A DNA stretch of 64,000 bases from Anaeromyxobacteraceae bacterium. Its GTDB lineage: Bacteria > Myxococcota > Myxococcia > Myxococcales > Anaeromyxobacteraceae. Position 1 is the stretch's first letter. Each line of letters opens with the position of its first letter. The DNA is taken from contig JAULAX010000005.1 in the NCBI GenBank assembly GCA_032654565.1, positions 160,001-224,000 on the forward strand, in the 5' to 3' direction. This document shows, one piece after another, positions 10,620 through 22,720 of the stretch. The notes below the pieces were generated by a model, which searched no databases, was not told where the DNA came from, and worked only from the letters and a program-made list of their open reading frames with translations. A program made the position numbers and the translations under genes.

Positions 10620-11336
10620 GTGTTCGACGAAGTCACGAAGCGAAAGACTGGCACCTACGCGGCCCGCCGCGCCGGCTGGGTATTCGGCTCGACCGCCCTC
10701 CAGCTGGCGCTGGTGGCCTCGGCCCTCTTCGCCGGCCAGAAGATCAAGGCCGCCATCGAGGACAAGCCCATCGACGTGAAGTTCGTCCGGGCCGCCCCGC
10801 CCCGGCCGCCGCCGCCGCCGCCGGCCGCCGCCCCGCCCAAGCGCAAGGACGCGCCCAAGCCGCCGGCCGACGCCAAGCCGCCTCCGCCGCCGCAGGCGCT
10901 CATCCAGCCCAAGGACGTGCAGGCCGAGATGAAGGAGGACACCTCGCCCAAGGAGCCCGAGTACGACTACGGGCCGCAGACCGGCGAGGGCGTGGTGGGT
11001 GGCGTGGTGGGGGCCCAGCGGAACGAGGACGCCCCGGCCTACGCCACCGCCGGCTACAAGAAGCCCACCATGGCGGAGCCCGGCTGCGTGCAGAGCTCGG
11101 TGCGAATGACCTCCGATATGCTCGACCGGGTCACCGGGCCGGTCACCGTGAAGTTCGCCATCGGCCGGGACGGGACCCCGAGCCGCTTCGAGGTCATGTC
11201 GGCCATCTCCGATCAGCGCATCGCCAACGCCATCTGGCAGGCCGTCAAGGCCTGCAAGTGGAACGCCGGCGCCGACGCCCAGGGCCATCCCACCAACATC
11301 TGGGTGATCCTGCCCTTCCGCTTCCAGACCCAGTAA
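10620..11336 (+). CDS. tonB: TonB-family energy transducer
   Basis: N-terminal TM, Pro-rich linker, GVVGGVVG and a C-terminal TonB_C-like domain (VTVKFAIGRDG...VILPFRF). Confidence 0.85.
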   Translation: MFDEVTKRKTGTYAARRAGWVFGSTALQLALVASALFAGQKIKAAIEDKPIDVKFVRAAPPRPPPPPPAAAPPKRKDAPKPPADAKPPPPPQALIQPKDVQAEMKEDTSPKEPEYDYGPQTGEGVVGGVVGAQRNEDAPAYATAGYKKPTMAEPGCVQSSVRMTSDMLDRVTGPVTVKFAIGRDGTPSRFEVMSAISDQRIANAIWQAVKACKWNAGADAQGHPTNIWVILPFRFQTQ

Positions 11337-11394
11337 CGAACGGCGCCTCGCCGCCGCCCCACCGGCTTCAGCCCTCTCTCAGGAGGATCCACCG

Positions 11395-12150
11395 ATGTCG
11401 CACCACCTGCTCGATGTGCTCAACAACATGGTCCTGGCCCAGGCGGCCGAGGGCGCCGCCAAGCTCGACTTCAGCCTCAAGGGCATGGTCTCCTCGATCG
11501 AGGGCTTCGGCATCGTCGTCGCCGGCATCCTCGCCGTCATGTCGGTCTTCTCGCTGGGCGTGGTCGCCGAGCGGATCTTCATGTACGCCCGGGCCGCCGG
11601 CGCCTCGCGCCGCTTCGCCGAGGCGCTCCCCGAGCTGCTCAAGGCCGGGCAGTTCGACGCCGCCATCGAGCTGGCCAAGACCGAGAAGGCCGGCCACCTC
11701 CCCCGGGTGCTGGGGCTGGCGCTCAGCGAGTACAAGCACGGCACCGAGGCCCTCGCCACCAAGGGGCCCAAGGACGTCGGCCACTTCGACATCATCGAGG
11801 CCTGCAACCGGGCCATCGACCGCTCCTCGCTGCGCACCGTCAACGAGCTGCGCCGCGGCCTCGGCTCGCTGGCCACCATCGGCTCGACCGCCCCGTTCGT
11901 CGGCCTGCTGGGCACGGTGTGGGGCATCATCAAGGCCTTCCAGAAGATGGCCCTCGAGGGCGGCGGCGGCCTGGGCACGGTCTCCGGCGCCATCGCCGAG
12001 GCGCTCATCAACACCGCCTTCGGCCTGCTGGTGGCCATCCCGGCCGTCATGTTCTTCAACTACCTGACCAACAAGGTCGAGGACATGCAGGTCGACATCA
12101 CCGACGCCTCCACGGAGCTGGTGGACTTCTTCCTCAAGGAAGGGCGCTAG
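11395..12150 (+). CDS. exbB: ExbB/TolQ/MotA proton channel
   Basis: LATIGSTAPFVGLLGTVWGI, AIAEALINTAFGLLVAIPA. Confidence 0.9.
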   Translation: MSHHLLDVLNNMVLAQAAEGAAKLDFSLKGMVSSIEGFGIVVAGILAVMSVFSLGVVAERIFMYARAAGASRRFAEALPELLKAGQFDAAIELAKTEKAGHLPRVLGLALSEYKHGTEALATKGPKDVGHFDIIEACNRAIDRSSLRTVNELRRGLGSLATIGSTAPFVGLLGTVWGIIKAFQKMALEGGGGLGTVSGAIAEALINTAFGLLVAIPAVMFFNYLTNKVEDMQVDITDASTELVDFFLKEGR

Positions 12151-12204
12151 CGCGGCCCCGGCGGCGCAGCGGCCGCCGGACCTCGTCAGCCAGGAGAGCG
12201 GAAG

Positions 12205-12663
12205 ATGTCCATGGACGTCGGCTCCAAGTCGGTCCGCAGCGACATCAACGTCACGCCGCTCGTCGACGTGGTGCTGGTGCTGCTCATCATCTTCATGGTG
12301 ATCACCCCCATGCTCCAGCGCGGCAAGCCGGTGACCCTCCCGGACGCCAAGCACGTCTCCTCGCTGGGCAAGGGCGGCGACCCCATCCTGCTCTCGGTGA
12401 CCAAGGACGGCCGGGTCTGGCTCGACGGCGAGGCCCACACCAAGCAGGAGGTGAAGGACCCGCAGATCGAGCAGGAGCTCAACATCGAGCTGCAGGCCAA
12501 GCCGGGCGTGCCCATCATGGTGAAGGTCGACCGCGACGTGGAGTACCGGCGGGTGCGCCAGGTGGTGCTCGAGGTGAGCAAGACCCGCGTCATGGGCGTC
12601 AGCCTGGCGGCCTCGAAGATCGAGGAGAAGTCGACCGCCGGTGAGAAGAAGGGGGGCCAGTAG
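12205..12663 (+). CDS. exbD: ExbD/TolR protein
   Basis: DINVTPLVDVVLVLLIIFMV. Confidence 0.9.
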   Translation: MSMDVGSKSVRSDINVTPLVDVVLVLLIIFMVITPMLQRGKPVTLPDAKHVSSLGKGGDPILLSVTKDGRVWLDGEAHTKQEVKDPQIEQELNIELQAKPGVPIMVKVDRDVEYRRVRQVVLEVSKTRVMGVSLAASKIEEKSTAGEKKGGQ

Positions 12664-12665
12664 CC

Positions 12666-13118
<453 letters not shown>

Positions 13119-13161
13119 CAGGGGCACCCGCGGCCCGGCGCGCGGCGTCAGTCCTGCGGCG

Positions 13162-14100
13162 TCAGTCCTGTGGCGGCGGCAGGCGGGCCAGCGCCGCCAC
13201 CAGCTCGGGCGGCAGCGGGCTCTCAACCACCACCCGGCCGCCGTCCGGCGACTCCACCCCGAGCCGGGCGGCGTGCAGGAAGTGGCGCTCCAGCCCCGGC
13301 AGCGCCGTGGCCTCGCCCCCGTAGAGCGTGTCGCCGGCCACCGGGAAGCCGAGGAAGGCCAGGTGGGCGCGGATCTGGTGCATGGCCCCGGTGACGATGC
13401 GCACCCGCAGCAGGGTGTGGCGGGCGAAGCGCCCCTCCACCTCGTAGCGGGTCTCGGCCGGGCGGGGGTTGAGCCCCTTCTCGCGCAGCCGCTCCTCGGC
13501 GACGGCGTCCGGCGCCGGCACCACCTTGGCGCCGCGCTGGGCCAGCGGCACGGTGCAGACGCCGCCGGCGCTGACCCGGCCGCAGACCAGCGCCAGGTAG
13601 ACCTTCTCCACCACCCGCCGGCGCAGCTGGTCGTGGAGCCGCTCCCAGGCGTCGCGGTCGCGGGCGAAGAGGACGCAGCCGCTGGTGTCGAGGTCGAGCC
13701 GCTGGGCGGCGCCCCCCTCGCGCGGGTCGAGCGAGGCCTCGGCGCACTCCGGGTAGCGGGCCACCACGGCGTTGGCCAGCGTCCCCGACTCGCCGGCCTG
13801 CAGCGGGTGGACCGCCACGCCGGCCGGCTTGTCCACCACCAGGAAGCGCGGCTGCTCGAGCAGCACCGTGAGCGGCGCGCCGGGCTCCGGCTCGGGCGGC
13901 CCGCGCGCCGGCTCGACGTCGAGCTCCACCTCCAGCCCCGGCTCGGCCGGCACCGACGCCCGGACCCGGCGGCCGTCGACGCGGACCTCGCCGAGCTCGA
14001 AGGCCCGCTTCACCGCGGCCCGCCCCAGCCCCAGCGCGTCGGCCAGGGCCCGGTCGAGCCGGCCGGCGACGCCGGCGGGGAGCCGGACGGTGCGCTTCAC
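13162..14100 (-). CDS. RluA-family pseudouridine synthase with an S4 domain
   Basis: RLDRAL, VVDKPAG, QRLDLDTSG, TGAMHQIRAH, GDTLYG, HFLHA; GTG start at 14100. Confidence 0.9.
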   Translation of the reverse strand: MKRTVRLPAGVAGRLDRALADALGLGRAAVKRAFELGEVRVDGRRVRASVPAEPGLEVELDVEPARGPPEPEPGAPLTVLLEQPRFLVVDKPAGVAVHPLQAGESGTLANAVVARYPECAEASLDPREGGAAQRLDLDTSGCVLFARDRDAWERLHDQLRRRVVEKVYLALVCGRVSAGGVCTVPLAQRGAKVVPAPDAVAEERLREKGLNPRPAETRYEVEGRFARHTLLRVRIVTGAMHQIRAHLAFLGFPVAGDTLYGGEATALPGLERHFLHAARLGVESPDGGRVVVESPLPPELVAALARLPPPQD

Positions 14101-14125
14101 GGCGTCCCCCCGGCGGCGGGCGCGG

Positions 14126-14710
14126 TCACGGCCGGCTCCCGCGGCGCAGCGTGCGCATCCGCACCAGCCCGTAGAAGAGCTGCCGCTCGGTGTAGGTGCG
14201 CCGCTCCGGCCCGCCCCCGCGCCGCGGCGCCGCCGGCCGCTCCAGCCACATGCGGGCCCGCACCAGCCCCTGGTGGGCGAAGGGGGCCACCAGCTCGGCG
14301 GGGGCCTCGGCCAGGTAGCGCGCCCGCAGCGCGCGGATGCGTCGCCGGTAGGCCCCGGGGGCCAGGCTGGCGTGGCGGCGGCCGCCGTGGAGGGTGCCGT
14401 CGAAGCGGAGCGAGGCGTGGTAGAGCTCGTGGAGGATGGTGTCGATCCGCTCCTCCGGCGTCGAGTCGAGGAACCAGAGCGGCCGCAGGGTGATGACGTA
14501 GCGGACCTCGCGCCCCCGCACCTCGACGCGCGGCCCCCGGCCACCCTCGGCCCCGGCGAAGGGGCGGATGGTGGCCCGCGAGGCGCGCCGGGCCTCTCCG
14601 GCCACCACCAGCAGCCGCGAGGCCCGCACGTGGGCCAGCTCGGGCAGCCGCGCCGCCACGTCGCGGACCAGCCGCTTCACCGCCAGGGTCAGGTTGGGCC
14701 GGGCAGGCAC
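14126..14710 (-). CDS. Putative metallopeptidase-like protein
   Basis: HELYH (HExxH) zinc motif. Confidence 0.55.
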   Translation of the reverse strand: MPARPNLTLAVKRLVRDVAARLPELAHVRASRLLVVAGEARRASRATIRPFAGAEGGRGPRVEVRGREVRYVITLRPLWFLDSTPEERIDTILHELYHASLRFDGTLHGGRRHASLAPGAYRRRIRALRARYLAEAPAELVAPFAHQGLVRARMWLERPAAPRRGGGPERRTYTERQLFYGLVRMRTLRRGSRP

Positions 14711-14720
14711 GGGGTTTGGT

Positions 14721-15194
14721 TCAGCGCGACGGGCGGCCGCGACGGGCGGGGCGGTCGCGGTCCCCGGCGCCGCCGCGGGCCGGGCCTCGGCCGGCCCGGG
14801 GGCTGCCCGACCTGGTCCCGCCGGTCCGGGGGAGCTTCACCGGGGCGGCCCGGGCCGGGCGCGCCTCCGGCTCGAACTTCGGCTTCTGCGGGTGGCGGCG
14901 GTAGACCAGCATGGTCCGGCCCAGCAGCTGGGCCAGCAGCACGCCCGGCCCGGACGAGAGCCGCGCCGCCGCCTCGAAGCGGTCCTCCGGGCTCTCCGAG
15001 CCCACCTTCACCTTGACCAGTTCGTGGGCCAGCAGCGCCTCGTCGAGCTGCTTCAGGACCGCCGGCGTCACCCCCTCCTTGCCCACCTGGACCACCGGCG
15101 AGAGGTGGTGGCCGGCGGCGCGCAGCGCCTTGCGGAGGCGGGAGGCGGTCATGAGCGACTGCTTCTTCGGGTTGCTGGGGGTGGGCACGGTCAC
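14721..15194 (-). CDS. yhbY: YhbY/CRM-domain RNA-binding protein
   Basis: LRAAGHHLSPVVQVGKEG, HELVKVK, QLLGRTMLVYR. Confidence 0.85.
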   Translation of the reverse strand: MTVPTPSNPKKQSLMTASRLRKALRAAGHHLSPVVQVGKEGVTPAVLKQLDEALLAHELVKVKVGSESPEDRFEAAARLSSGPGVLLAQLLGRTMLVYRRHPQKPKFEPEARPARAAPVKLPRTGGTRSGSPRAGRGPARGGAGDRDRPARRGRPSR

Positions 15195-17041
15195 TTCCTC
15201 AGGTACTTCAGTTCGCGTTGGAGGTCGACGTGGTCGGGCGCCATCGCCAGGCCGCGCTTGAGCTGCTTCTCGGCCAGCGCCAGGTCGCCGACGATCTTGG
15301 CCATCTGCCCGAGGAAGAGGTAGCCGGAGGCGCAGCGCGGGCTCTTCTTCAGGCCGGACTCGATGGCGGCCACCGCCCGGGCGTGGACCTTCTTCTTCTC
15401 GGCGGCGGAGACGAACCCGCACCAGGCCAGCCAGATGCCGTACTCCGGCTCGTCGGGGTTGAGCTTCAAGGCCTCGGTGAACTTGGCGGCGGCCTCCTCG
15501 TACTGCCGCGCCTTCACCATCAGGGTCCCGGTCTGGAAGATGGTCTCGGCCTGCAGGATCCCCATGACGTCGACCGAGACCCCGGCCCCGGTGAGCAGGT
15601 CGTCGACGTACCGGGCCCGCCGGGCGTCGTCGCCGAGCACGCCCCAGGACTCGCCGATGCGGGAGAAGAGGTCGGCGCAGAGCTTCTTCACCTCGGGTGA
15701 CGCGGAGACGTCGACGGTGTCGGGGTGGTAGGCCTTGGCCAGCTGGAAGTAGGCGACCTTGATCTGGGCCGCGGTGGCGTCGGAGGAGACGCCCAGCACC
15801 TTGAAGTGATCGGCCTCCTTGTAGCTGGCGAGGAGCGCCTTCAAGGTGCGCTCGTCCATGGGCGGGCCGGCGCGGGCCGCCGGGGCGGCGGTGGGCGAGG
15901 CCGGCCGGGGGGCCGGCGCGGCGGGCTGGACCGGCCGGGGAGCCGGCGGCGGCGGGCGTGGGGCGGGCGGCGGGGTCCGCGGTGGCGCGGCCTGGGGGTG
16001 CGGGGCGGATCCCGGCGCCGGCGTGGGCGTCGCGGGGGCGGTCGCAGGCGGTGGCGGCGGCGGCGACGCGGCCGGAGCCGGTGGCGGCGACGTGACCGGA
16101 GCCGGTGGTGGCGCTGGCGTCGACGAGGGGACCGGAGCGGGTGCCGGTCCTGGAGGGGCGGCGGGAGCGGCCTCCGGCGCGGCGACCGCCCGCGGCGGGC
16201 CGAACGACAGCAGCCCCACCTCGGCCAGCAGCAGGGCGACGCGGAGCAGGACGGTGGCGTCGGCGCCGCGCTGGCGGGCCAGGTCGGAGAGCCTGCTGCC
16301 GTCGAGGGCGGCCACCGCCCGGGCCTCGGCCGGGCCGAGCCGCAGGTCCTCGACCCGGACCCGGCCGATGATCCGGGTGGCGCCCAGCTGCTCGCGCGGC
16401 CCCAGCCGGCGCAGCACCGAGGCGGCGTCGAGGGCCCGCACCGCCTGCCCCAGCATCACCCAGGGTGAACCGAGCGGGAAGGCGCTGGGCGGGGGCGCCA
16501 CCCCCGGCTCCCAGCGCCAGGCGCCGGCCTCCACGCTCAGGGCCCGGGTCACCAGCTGCCCGGCGTGCTCCTGGATGAGCCGCACCAGGTCGGCGCCGTT
16601 GATCAGCCGCAGCGTGACCAGCGCCCCCACCAGGTCGCCCTCGGGGCCGGAGACCAGGGCCGCCTCCGCCACCTGCTCCGGCTGCACCAGGCCGCGGAAG
16701 ACCAGGAAGCCGGGGAGGTCGTCGTCGGGGCTCGAGGTGGTGACGTGCTCGATGGTCCCCTTGCGGAAGGTGAGCGAGAAGGTCGCGCCGTCGGGGGCCA
16801 GGGTGAGCCGGCCGGTGGCGGCGGTGGCGGCGGCCAGCCCGAAGAGCCGCAGCGGCCCCTCGACGGCCAGGTCACCCTGGGCGGGGAGGCTGGCGGCCAG
16901 GGCCGCCTCGGCCGTCACCTCGGGGGCCTCGAGCCCGCGGCTGGCGCCCGGGGCGACCGCCTGCCCCGGGGGCGGCGGCCGCTCCAGGCGCGGCGGCGAG
17001 GACGGCGCGGGGGCCGACCGGGGCTTGGGCGCGTCTGCCAC
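15191..17041 (-). CDS. DUF4388-like + Pro-rich linker + DnaJ + TPR protein
   Basis: J-domain HFKVLGV...YHPD; TPR-like C-terminus. Confidence 0.8.
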   Translation of the reverse strand: MADAPKPRSAPAPSSPPRLERPPPPGQAVAPGASRGLEAPEVTAEAALAASLPAQGDLAVEGPLRLFGLAAATAATGRLTLAPDGATFSLTFRKGTIEHVTTSSPDDDLPGFLVFRGLVQPEQVAEAALVSGPEGDLVGALVTLRLINGADLVRLIQEHAGQLVTRALSVEAGAWRWEPGVAPPPSAFPLGSPWVMLGQAVRALDAASVLRRLGPREQLGATRIIGRVRVEDLRLGPAEARAVAALDGSRLSDLARQRGADATVLLRVALLLAEVGLLSFGPPRAVAAPEAAPAAPPGPAPAPVPSSTPAPPPAPVTSPPPAPAASPPPPPPATAPATPTPAPGSAPHPQAAPPRTPPPAPRPPPPAPRPVQPAAPAPRPASPTAAPAARAGPPMDERTLKALLASYKEADHFKVLGVSSDATAAQIKVAYFQLAKAYHPDTVDVSASPEVKKLCADLFSRIGESWGVLGDDARRARYVDDLLTGAGVSVDVMGILQAETIFQTGTLMVKARQYEEAAAKFTEALKLNPDEPEYGIWLAWCGFVSAAEKKKVHARAVAAIESGLKKSPRCASGYLFLGQMAKIVGDLALAEKQLKRGLAMAPDHVDLQRELKYLRK

Positions 17042-17047
17042 GACGGC

Positions 17048-18715
17048 TCAGAGTACCACCGTCTCCTTGTACTCGCCGAAGACCTCCCGGAGGGCGTCGG
17101 AGATCTCTCCCAGCGTCGCCTCGGCCTTCACCGCGGCCAGGATCAGCGGCATGAGGTTGTCGGTGCCGCGGGCCCCGGCCCGGACGGCATCGGTGGCTTG
17201 CTTGCAGGCGGTGGCGTTGCGGCGGGCCCGGAAGGCCTTGAGCCGGCCCACCTGCTGGGCCTCCAGGGCCGGGTCGATCTTCATGATGGTGACCGGCGGG
17301 TCCTCGGCCTTGTAGGCGTTGACCCCCACCACCACCTGCTCCTTCTTCTCGACCTGCTTCTGCCAGGCGTAGGCGGCGTCCTGGATCTCGCGCTGCACGT
17401 ACCCCTTGGAGATGGCGTGGACCATGCCGCCCATGTCGTCGATCTTCTTGATGTAGGCCTCGGCGCGGGCCTCGATCTCGTCTGTCATGGCCTCGATGAC
17501 GTAGCTGCCGCCGAAGGGGTCGATGACGTCGGCCACCCCCGACTCGTTGGCGATGATCTGCTGGGTGCGCAGGGCGATGCCGGCCGACGCCTCGGTGGGC
17601 AGCCCCAGCGCCTCGTCGCGCGAGTTGGTGTGCAGCGACTGGGTGCCGCCCAGCACCGCCGCCAGCGCCTGGATGGTGACCCGGACGATGTTGTTGTCGG
17701 GCTGCTGGGCGGTCAGCATGGAGCCGGCGGTCTGGGTGTGGAAGCGGAGCATCCAGGAGCGCGGGTCCTTGGCCTTGAAGCGCTCCTTCATGACCCGGGC
17801 CCAGAGCCGGCGGGCGGCGCGGTACTTGGCCACCTCCTCGAGCAGGTTGTTGTGGCCGTTGAAGAAGAAGGAGAGCCGGCCGGCGAAGGCGTCGACGTCG
17901 AGCCCGGCCTTGACCGCGGCGTCGACGTACTGGATGCCGTCGGCCAGGGTGAAGGCCACCTCCTGGACCGCCGTCGAGCCGGCCTCGCGGATGTGGTAGC
18001 CGGAGATGGAGATGGGGTTCCACTTCGGCATCACCTTGGCGGTGTAGGCGAAGATGTCGGTGATGAGCCGCAGCGACGGCACCGGCGGGTAGATGTAGGT
18101 GCCGCGGGCGGCGTACTCCTTGAGCAGGTCGTTCTGGATGGTCCCCTGCAGGTCGCCGGGGGCCACCCCCTGCCGCTCGCCGATGGCCTGGTACATGGAG
18201 AGCAGCACCGCGGCGGTGGAGTTGATGGTCATCGAGCTGGAGACGGTGCCGAGCGGGATGCCGTCGAGCAGCGTCGCCATGTCGTCGATGGAGTCGATGG
18301 CCACGCCCACCTTGCCCACCTCCCCCTGGGCGCGGACGTGGTCGGAGTCGCGCCCCATCTGCGTGGGCAGGTCGAAGGCCACCGAGAGGCCGGTCTGGCC
18401 GGACTTGAGCAGGTACTTGTAGCGCTCGTTCGACTCGGCGGCGGTGCCGAAGCCGGCGTACTGGCGCATGGTCCAGAAGCGGGCCCGGTACATGGTGGGC
18501 TGCACGCCGCGGGTGAAGGGGTACTCGCCGGGCAGGCCGAGCCGGTCCTCCAGCCCCGGCTTGACGTCGGCCGCCACGTAGACCGGCTGCTGGGGGATGC
18601 CGCTGGTGGTCTCGAAGCGGGGGCGCCGCTCCGGCGACTTCGACACCGCCTTGCCGTACGGCCCCTTCAACCAGCGCTCCTTCTCGGTGCGGCCCTGCGC
18701 GCGATCGTCAGCCAT
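17048..18715 (-). CDS. Methylmalonyl-CoA mutase, substrate-binding subunit (split type, no B12-binding domain)
   Basis: [55 protein letters not shown]; the Tyr and Arg specificity residues are MCM-type. Confidence 0.93.
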   Translation of the reverse strand: MADDRAQGRTEKERWLKGPYGKAVSKSPERRPRFETTSGIPQQPVYVAADVKPGLEDRLGLPGEYPFTRGVQPTMYRARFWTMRQYAGFGTAAESNERYKYLLKSGQTGLSVAFDLPTQMGRDSDHVRAQGEVGKVGVAIDSIDDMATLLDGIPLGTVSSSMTINSTAAVLLSMYQAIGERQGVAPGDLQGTIQNDLLKEYAARGTYIYPPVPSLRLITDIFAYTAKVMPKWNPISISGYHIREAGSTAVQEVAFTLADGIQYVDAAVKAGLDVDAFAGRLSFFFNGHNNLLEEVAKYRAARRLWARVMKERFKAKDPRSWMLRFHTQTAGSMLTAQQPDNNIVRVTIQALAAVLGGTQSLHTNSRDEALGLPTEASAGIALRTQQIIANESGVADVIDPFGGSYVIEAMTDEIEARAEAYIKKIDDMGGMVHAISKGYVQREIQDAAYAWQKQVEKKEQVVVGVNAYKAEDPPVTIMKIDPALEAQQVGRLKAFRARRNATACKQATDAVRAGARGTDNLMPLILAAVKAEATLGEISDALREVFGEYKETVVL

Positions 18716-18751
18716 GTCGTCCTCGCTCCCCGGTGTCGGTCTGCCGCCAGC

Positions 18752-19260
18752 CTACTCGACGGCGAGCAGCGTCGCGCCGCTCGCCACGTCCTGTCCCGCC
18801 TCGACCTGCAGCGCCGCCACCGTGCCACGGCGCGGGCTGCGCAGCTCGTTCTCCATGTGCAGCGCCTCCAGCACCAGCAGCGGCTGCCCTTCGGTCACCG
18901 CCTCGCCCTCCCGCACCAGCACCTTCAGCACCCGGCCCGCCAGCGGCGCGGCGACCACCTGCCGACCCTCCACGGTGAGCGTCCCCGGGGCCCGACGCAT
19001 CCGCAGCCGGCGCTCGGGGAGGACCTCCATGGGGAAGACGGCGCCGCCCACCCCGACCCGCAGCTGGGCGCCGCGCTGGTCGAAGCTGGCGGTGGAGCTG
19101 GCGGTGTCGATGATCAGCGAGAGGGTGGCGTCGTCGTGGCGGAAGGCGTCGACGCGGTGGAGCTGGTCGCCGAGCCGGACCCGGTAGCGGCCCGGCCCGT
19201 CCTCCTCGACCTCCAGCGCCACCTCGCGCTTGCCGCCGTCGAGCAGGGCCACGTAGCGGC

Positions 19261-19264
<4 letters not shown>
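18752..19264 (-). CDS. Biotin/lipoyl-carrier-domain protein lacking the canonical biotinylated Lys
   Basis: APLAGRVLKVLVREGEAV...LEALHMENELRSP; coupled to the biotin carboxylase. Confidence 0.8.
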
Positions 19265-20790
<1,526 letters not shown>

Positions 20791-20899
20791 GCGGGGTGAG
20801 GACGATACCCGCGCGGGTGCGGCCCCGTCCACCCAACATCGCGTCAAAGTCGCCGACACCACTCCACTTCTTCGACGCGACGCGTTTCGCCGGCGGGGG

Positions 20900-21343
20900 T
20901 CAACCGCCCGGCGCCGGCGCTGCGGTCTCCGCCCGCCCGGCCAGCTCCCGGGCCATCAGGAAGCGCCCCAGCCCGACGTCGTTGGCGGCGATGTGGAAGC
21001 GGAACCACTCCAGCACCCGCCCGGTGGCCCAGCGGCGGAAGGGCGGCGTGAGGCCGCTGGCCTTGAGCCCGGCCAGGTGCTTGCCGGCGTCGAGCAGGAA
21101 GAGGTCGTGCGTCTCCTTGTGGCGCGCCGCCAGCGGGTAGCCGGCCTCGGCCATGAGCCGCTCCTCGTGGGCGAAGTGGGCCGCCACCTGCCCGGCCAGC
21201 CGGCCGAGCAGGAGCACCGCCTCCATGGTGGCGCCGGTGTTGACGGCGGCGAGCAGGCGATCCAGCCCCTCCGAGATCTGCGCGTGCTCGTCGTCGATCG
21301 GCGCGTAGCCGGTCTCCTGGTAGAGCTTCTCCTTGATGGTCAT
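20900..21343 (-). CDS. Bacteriohemerythrin
   Basis: TGYAPIDDEH, HFAHEERLM, HKETH, W..FHIAAND. Confidence 0.88.
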   Translation of the reverse strand: MTIKEKLYQETGYAPIDDEHAQISEGLDRLLAAVNTGATMEAVLLLGRLAGQVAAHFAHEERLMAEAGYPLAARHKETHDLFLLDAGKHLAGLKASGLTPPFRRWATGRVLEWFRFHIAANDVGLGRFLMARELAGRAETAAPAPGG

Positions 21344-21514
21344 CTGATCCTCCGTCTCACGAGCGGCCGAGGAGTGCATCGCGTGGGCCGTGGCAACCGG
21401 CCGCCACCACGAGGTTCTCCGACCCCCTCCACTGGCCCAGGGTCCAGTTCACCCCGGCGCCGACCATGCCGCGCTGCGCCATCAACCTCCGGGGGTTCCA
21501 TGGCCTTCCTCGCC

Positions 21515-21564
21515 TTGACATCCCGCCATGCGCCCGACTAGTTTGTTCGTCAGCCGAACAAAGT
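21515..21564 (+). promoter_or_regulatory. Promoter overlapped by ROK-type operator 1
   Basis: TTGACA-N18-TAGTTT; palindrome agtttgttcgtcagccgaacaaagt at 21540-21564. Confidence 0.75.
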
Positions 21565-21600
21565 AGTCCTCCCCCCGGCTCGTCCGGCTTCGGAGCCCAC

Positions 21601-22719
21601 ATGGCTGGACCCTCCAGCTCGATCCCCGCCGTCGCCGCCAGCGCTCCCCGCGAGGAGGCCGCCGGCGCCGCCCCCGCGCTGGCGCCGCTGCTCGAGGTCC
21701 GCAAGCTGCGCAAGGTCTTCACCTCCGGCGGCCTCTTCCGCCGCGCCAGGGTGATGGTGGCGGTGCAGGACGTCTCCTTCGAGGTCCGGCGCGGCGAGGC
21801 GGTGGCCCTGGTCGGCGAGTCGGGCAGCGGCAAGAGCACCATCGCCCGCATGCTGGTGCGCCTCTCCCGCCCCGACGGCGGGGAGATCCGGCTCGACGGC
21901 GTCGACGTGCTGGCCCGCGAGCCGCGCGGCGCCTCGCTGGCCTTCCGCGGCCGGGTGCAGATGGTCTTCCAGGACCCCTTCGGCTCGCTCAACCCCATCC
22001 ACAGCGTGGCCCACCACCTGGAGCGGCCGCTGCTGCGCCACGGCCGGGTCGACGGCCTCAACCCGGCGCTCTCGGTGGCCGGCCACCTCGACTCGCCGCT
22101 GCGGCTCTCCGGCAAGGCGGCGCTGCGCGAGCGGGCCATCGCCCTGCTGCGCAAGGTGGGGCTGGAGCCGGCCGAGGAGTACCTGGAGCGCCACCCCTAC
22201 GAGCTCTCCGGCGGCCAGCGCCAGCGGGTGGCCATCGCCCGCGCCCTGGCGGTGGAGCCGGACCTGCTGGTGGCCGACGAGCCGACCTCGATGCTCGACG
22301 TCTCCATCCGCACCGGCGTGCTCAACCTGCTGGCGCGGCTGAAGCGCGAGCAGGGGCTGGGGATCATCCTCATCACCCACGATCTGGCCTCGGCGCGCTA
22401 CCTGGCCGACCGGATCATGGTGCTCTACCGCGGGCGCATCGTGGAGGACGGCCCCAGCCGCGCCATCGTCTCGGCGCCGGCCCACCCCTACACCCGCGCC
22501 CTGCTGGCCTCCATCGCCCACTCCGGCGCCGGCGGCCTGCCCCCGGCCACGGCCCGGCCCGGGGCCGACGCCCGCCCCGCCGGCACCGGCTGCCCCTTCG
22601 CGCCGCGCTGCCCCGACGTCATGGACGCCTGCCACGCCAGCGAGCCGGCGCCGCGCCAGGTCGACGGGATCCGCACCGTGCGCTGCCACCTCTACCCCGA
22701 CGCCCCCCTGGCCACCTGA
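21601..22719 (+). CDS. Opp/Dpp-family ABC ATPase (OppF-like), probably for sugar import
   Basis: GESGSGKS, LSGGQRQR, VADEPTS, HPYT, GCPFAPRC...CH. Confidence 0.9.
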   Translation: MAGPSSSIPAVAASAPREEAAGAAPALAPLLEVRKLRKVFTSGGLFRRARVMVAVQDVSFEVRRGEAVALVGESGSGKSTIARMLVRLSRPDGGEIRLDGVDVLAREPRGASLAFRGRVQMVFQDPFGSLNPIHSVAHHLERPLLRHGRVDGLNPALSVAGHLDSPLRLSGKAALRERAIALLRKVGLEPAEEYLERHPYELSGGQRQRVAIARALAVEPDLLVADEPTSMLDVSIRTGVLNLLARLKREQGLGIILITHDLASARYLADRIMVLYRGRIVEDGPSRAIVSAPAHPYTRALLASIAHSGAGGLPPATARPGADARPAGTGCPFAPRCPDVMDACHASEPAPRQVDGIRTVRCHLYPDAPLAT

Positions 22720-22720
22720 G

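Noticed and set aside
13140..13175. Short duplications at gene 3' ends (gcgtcagtcctg twice; also gcgctacg.gccgacgcc twice near 49655-49692) as target-site duplications
   Set aside because: The copies are adjacent and do not flank an element, so local slippage explains them
13690..13710. QRLD instead of HRLD in the pseudouridine synthase as a sign of inactivation
   Set aside because: The catalytic Asp and the other motifs are intact
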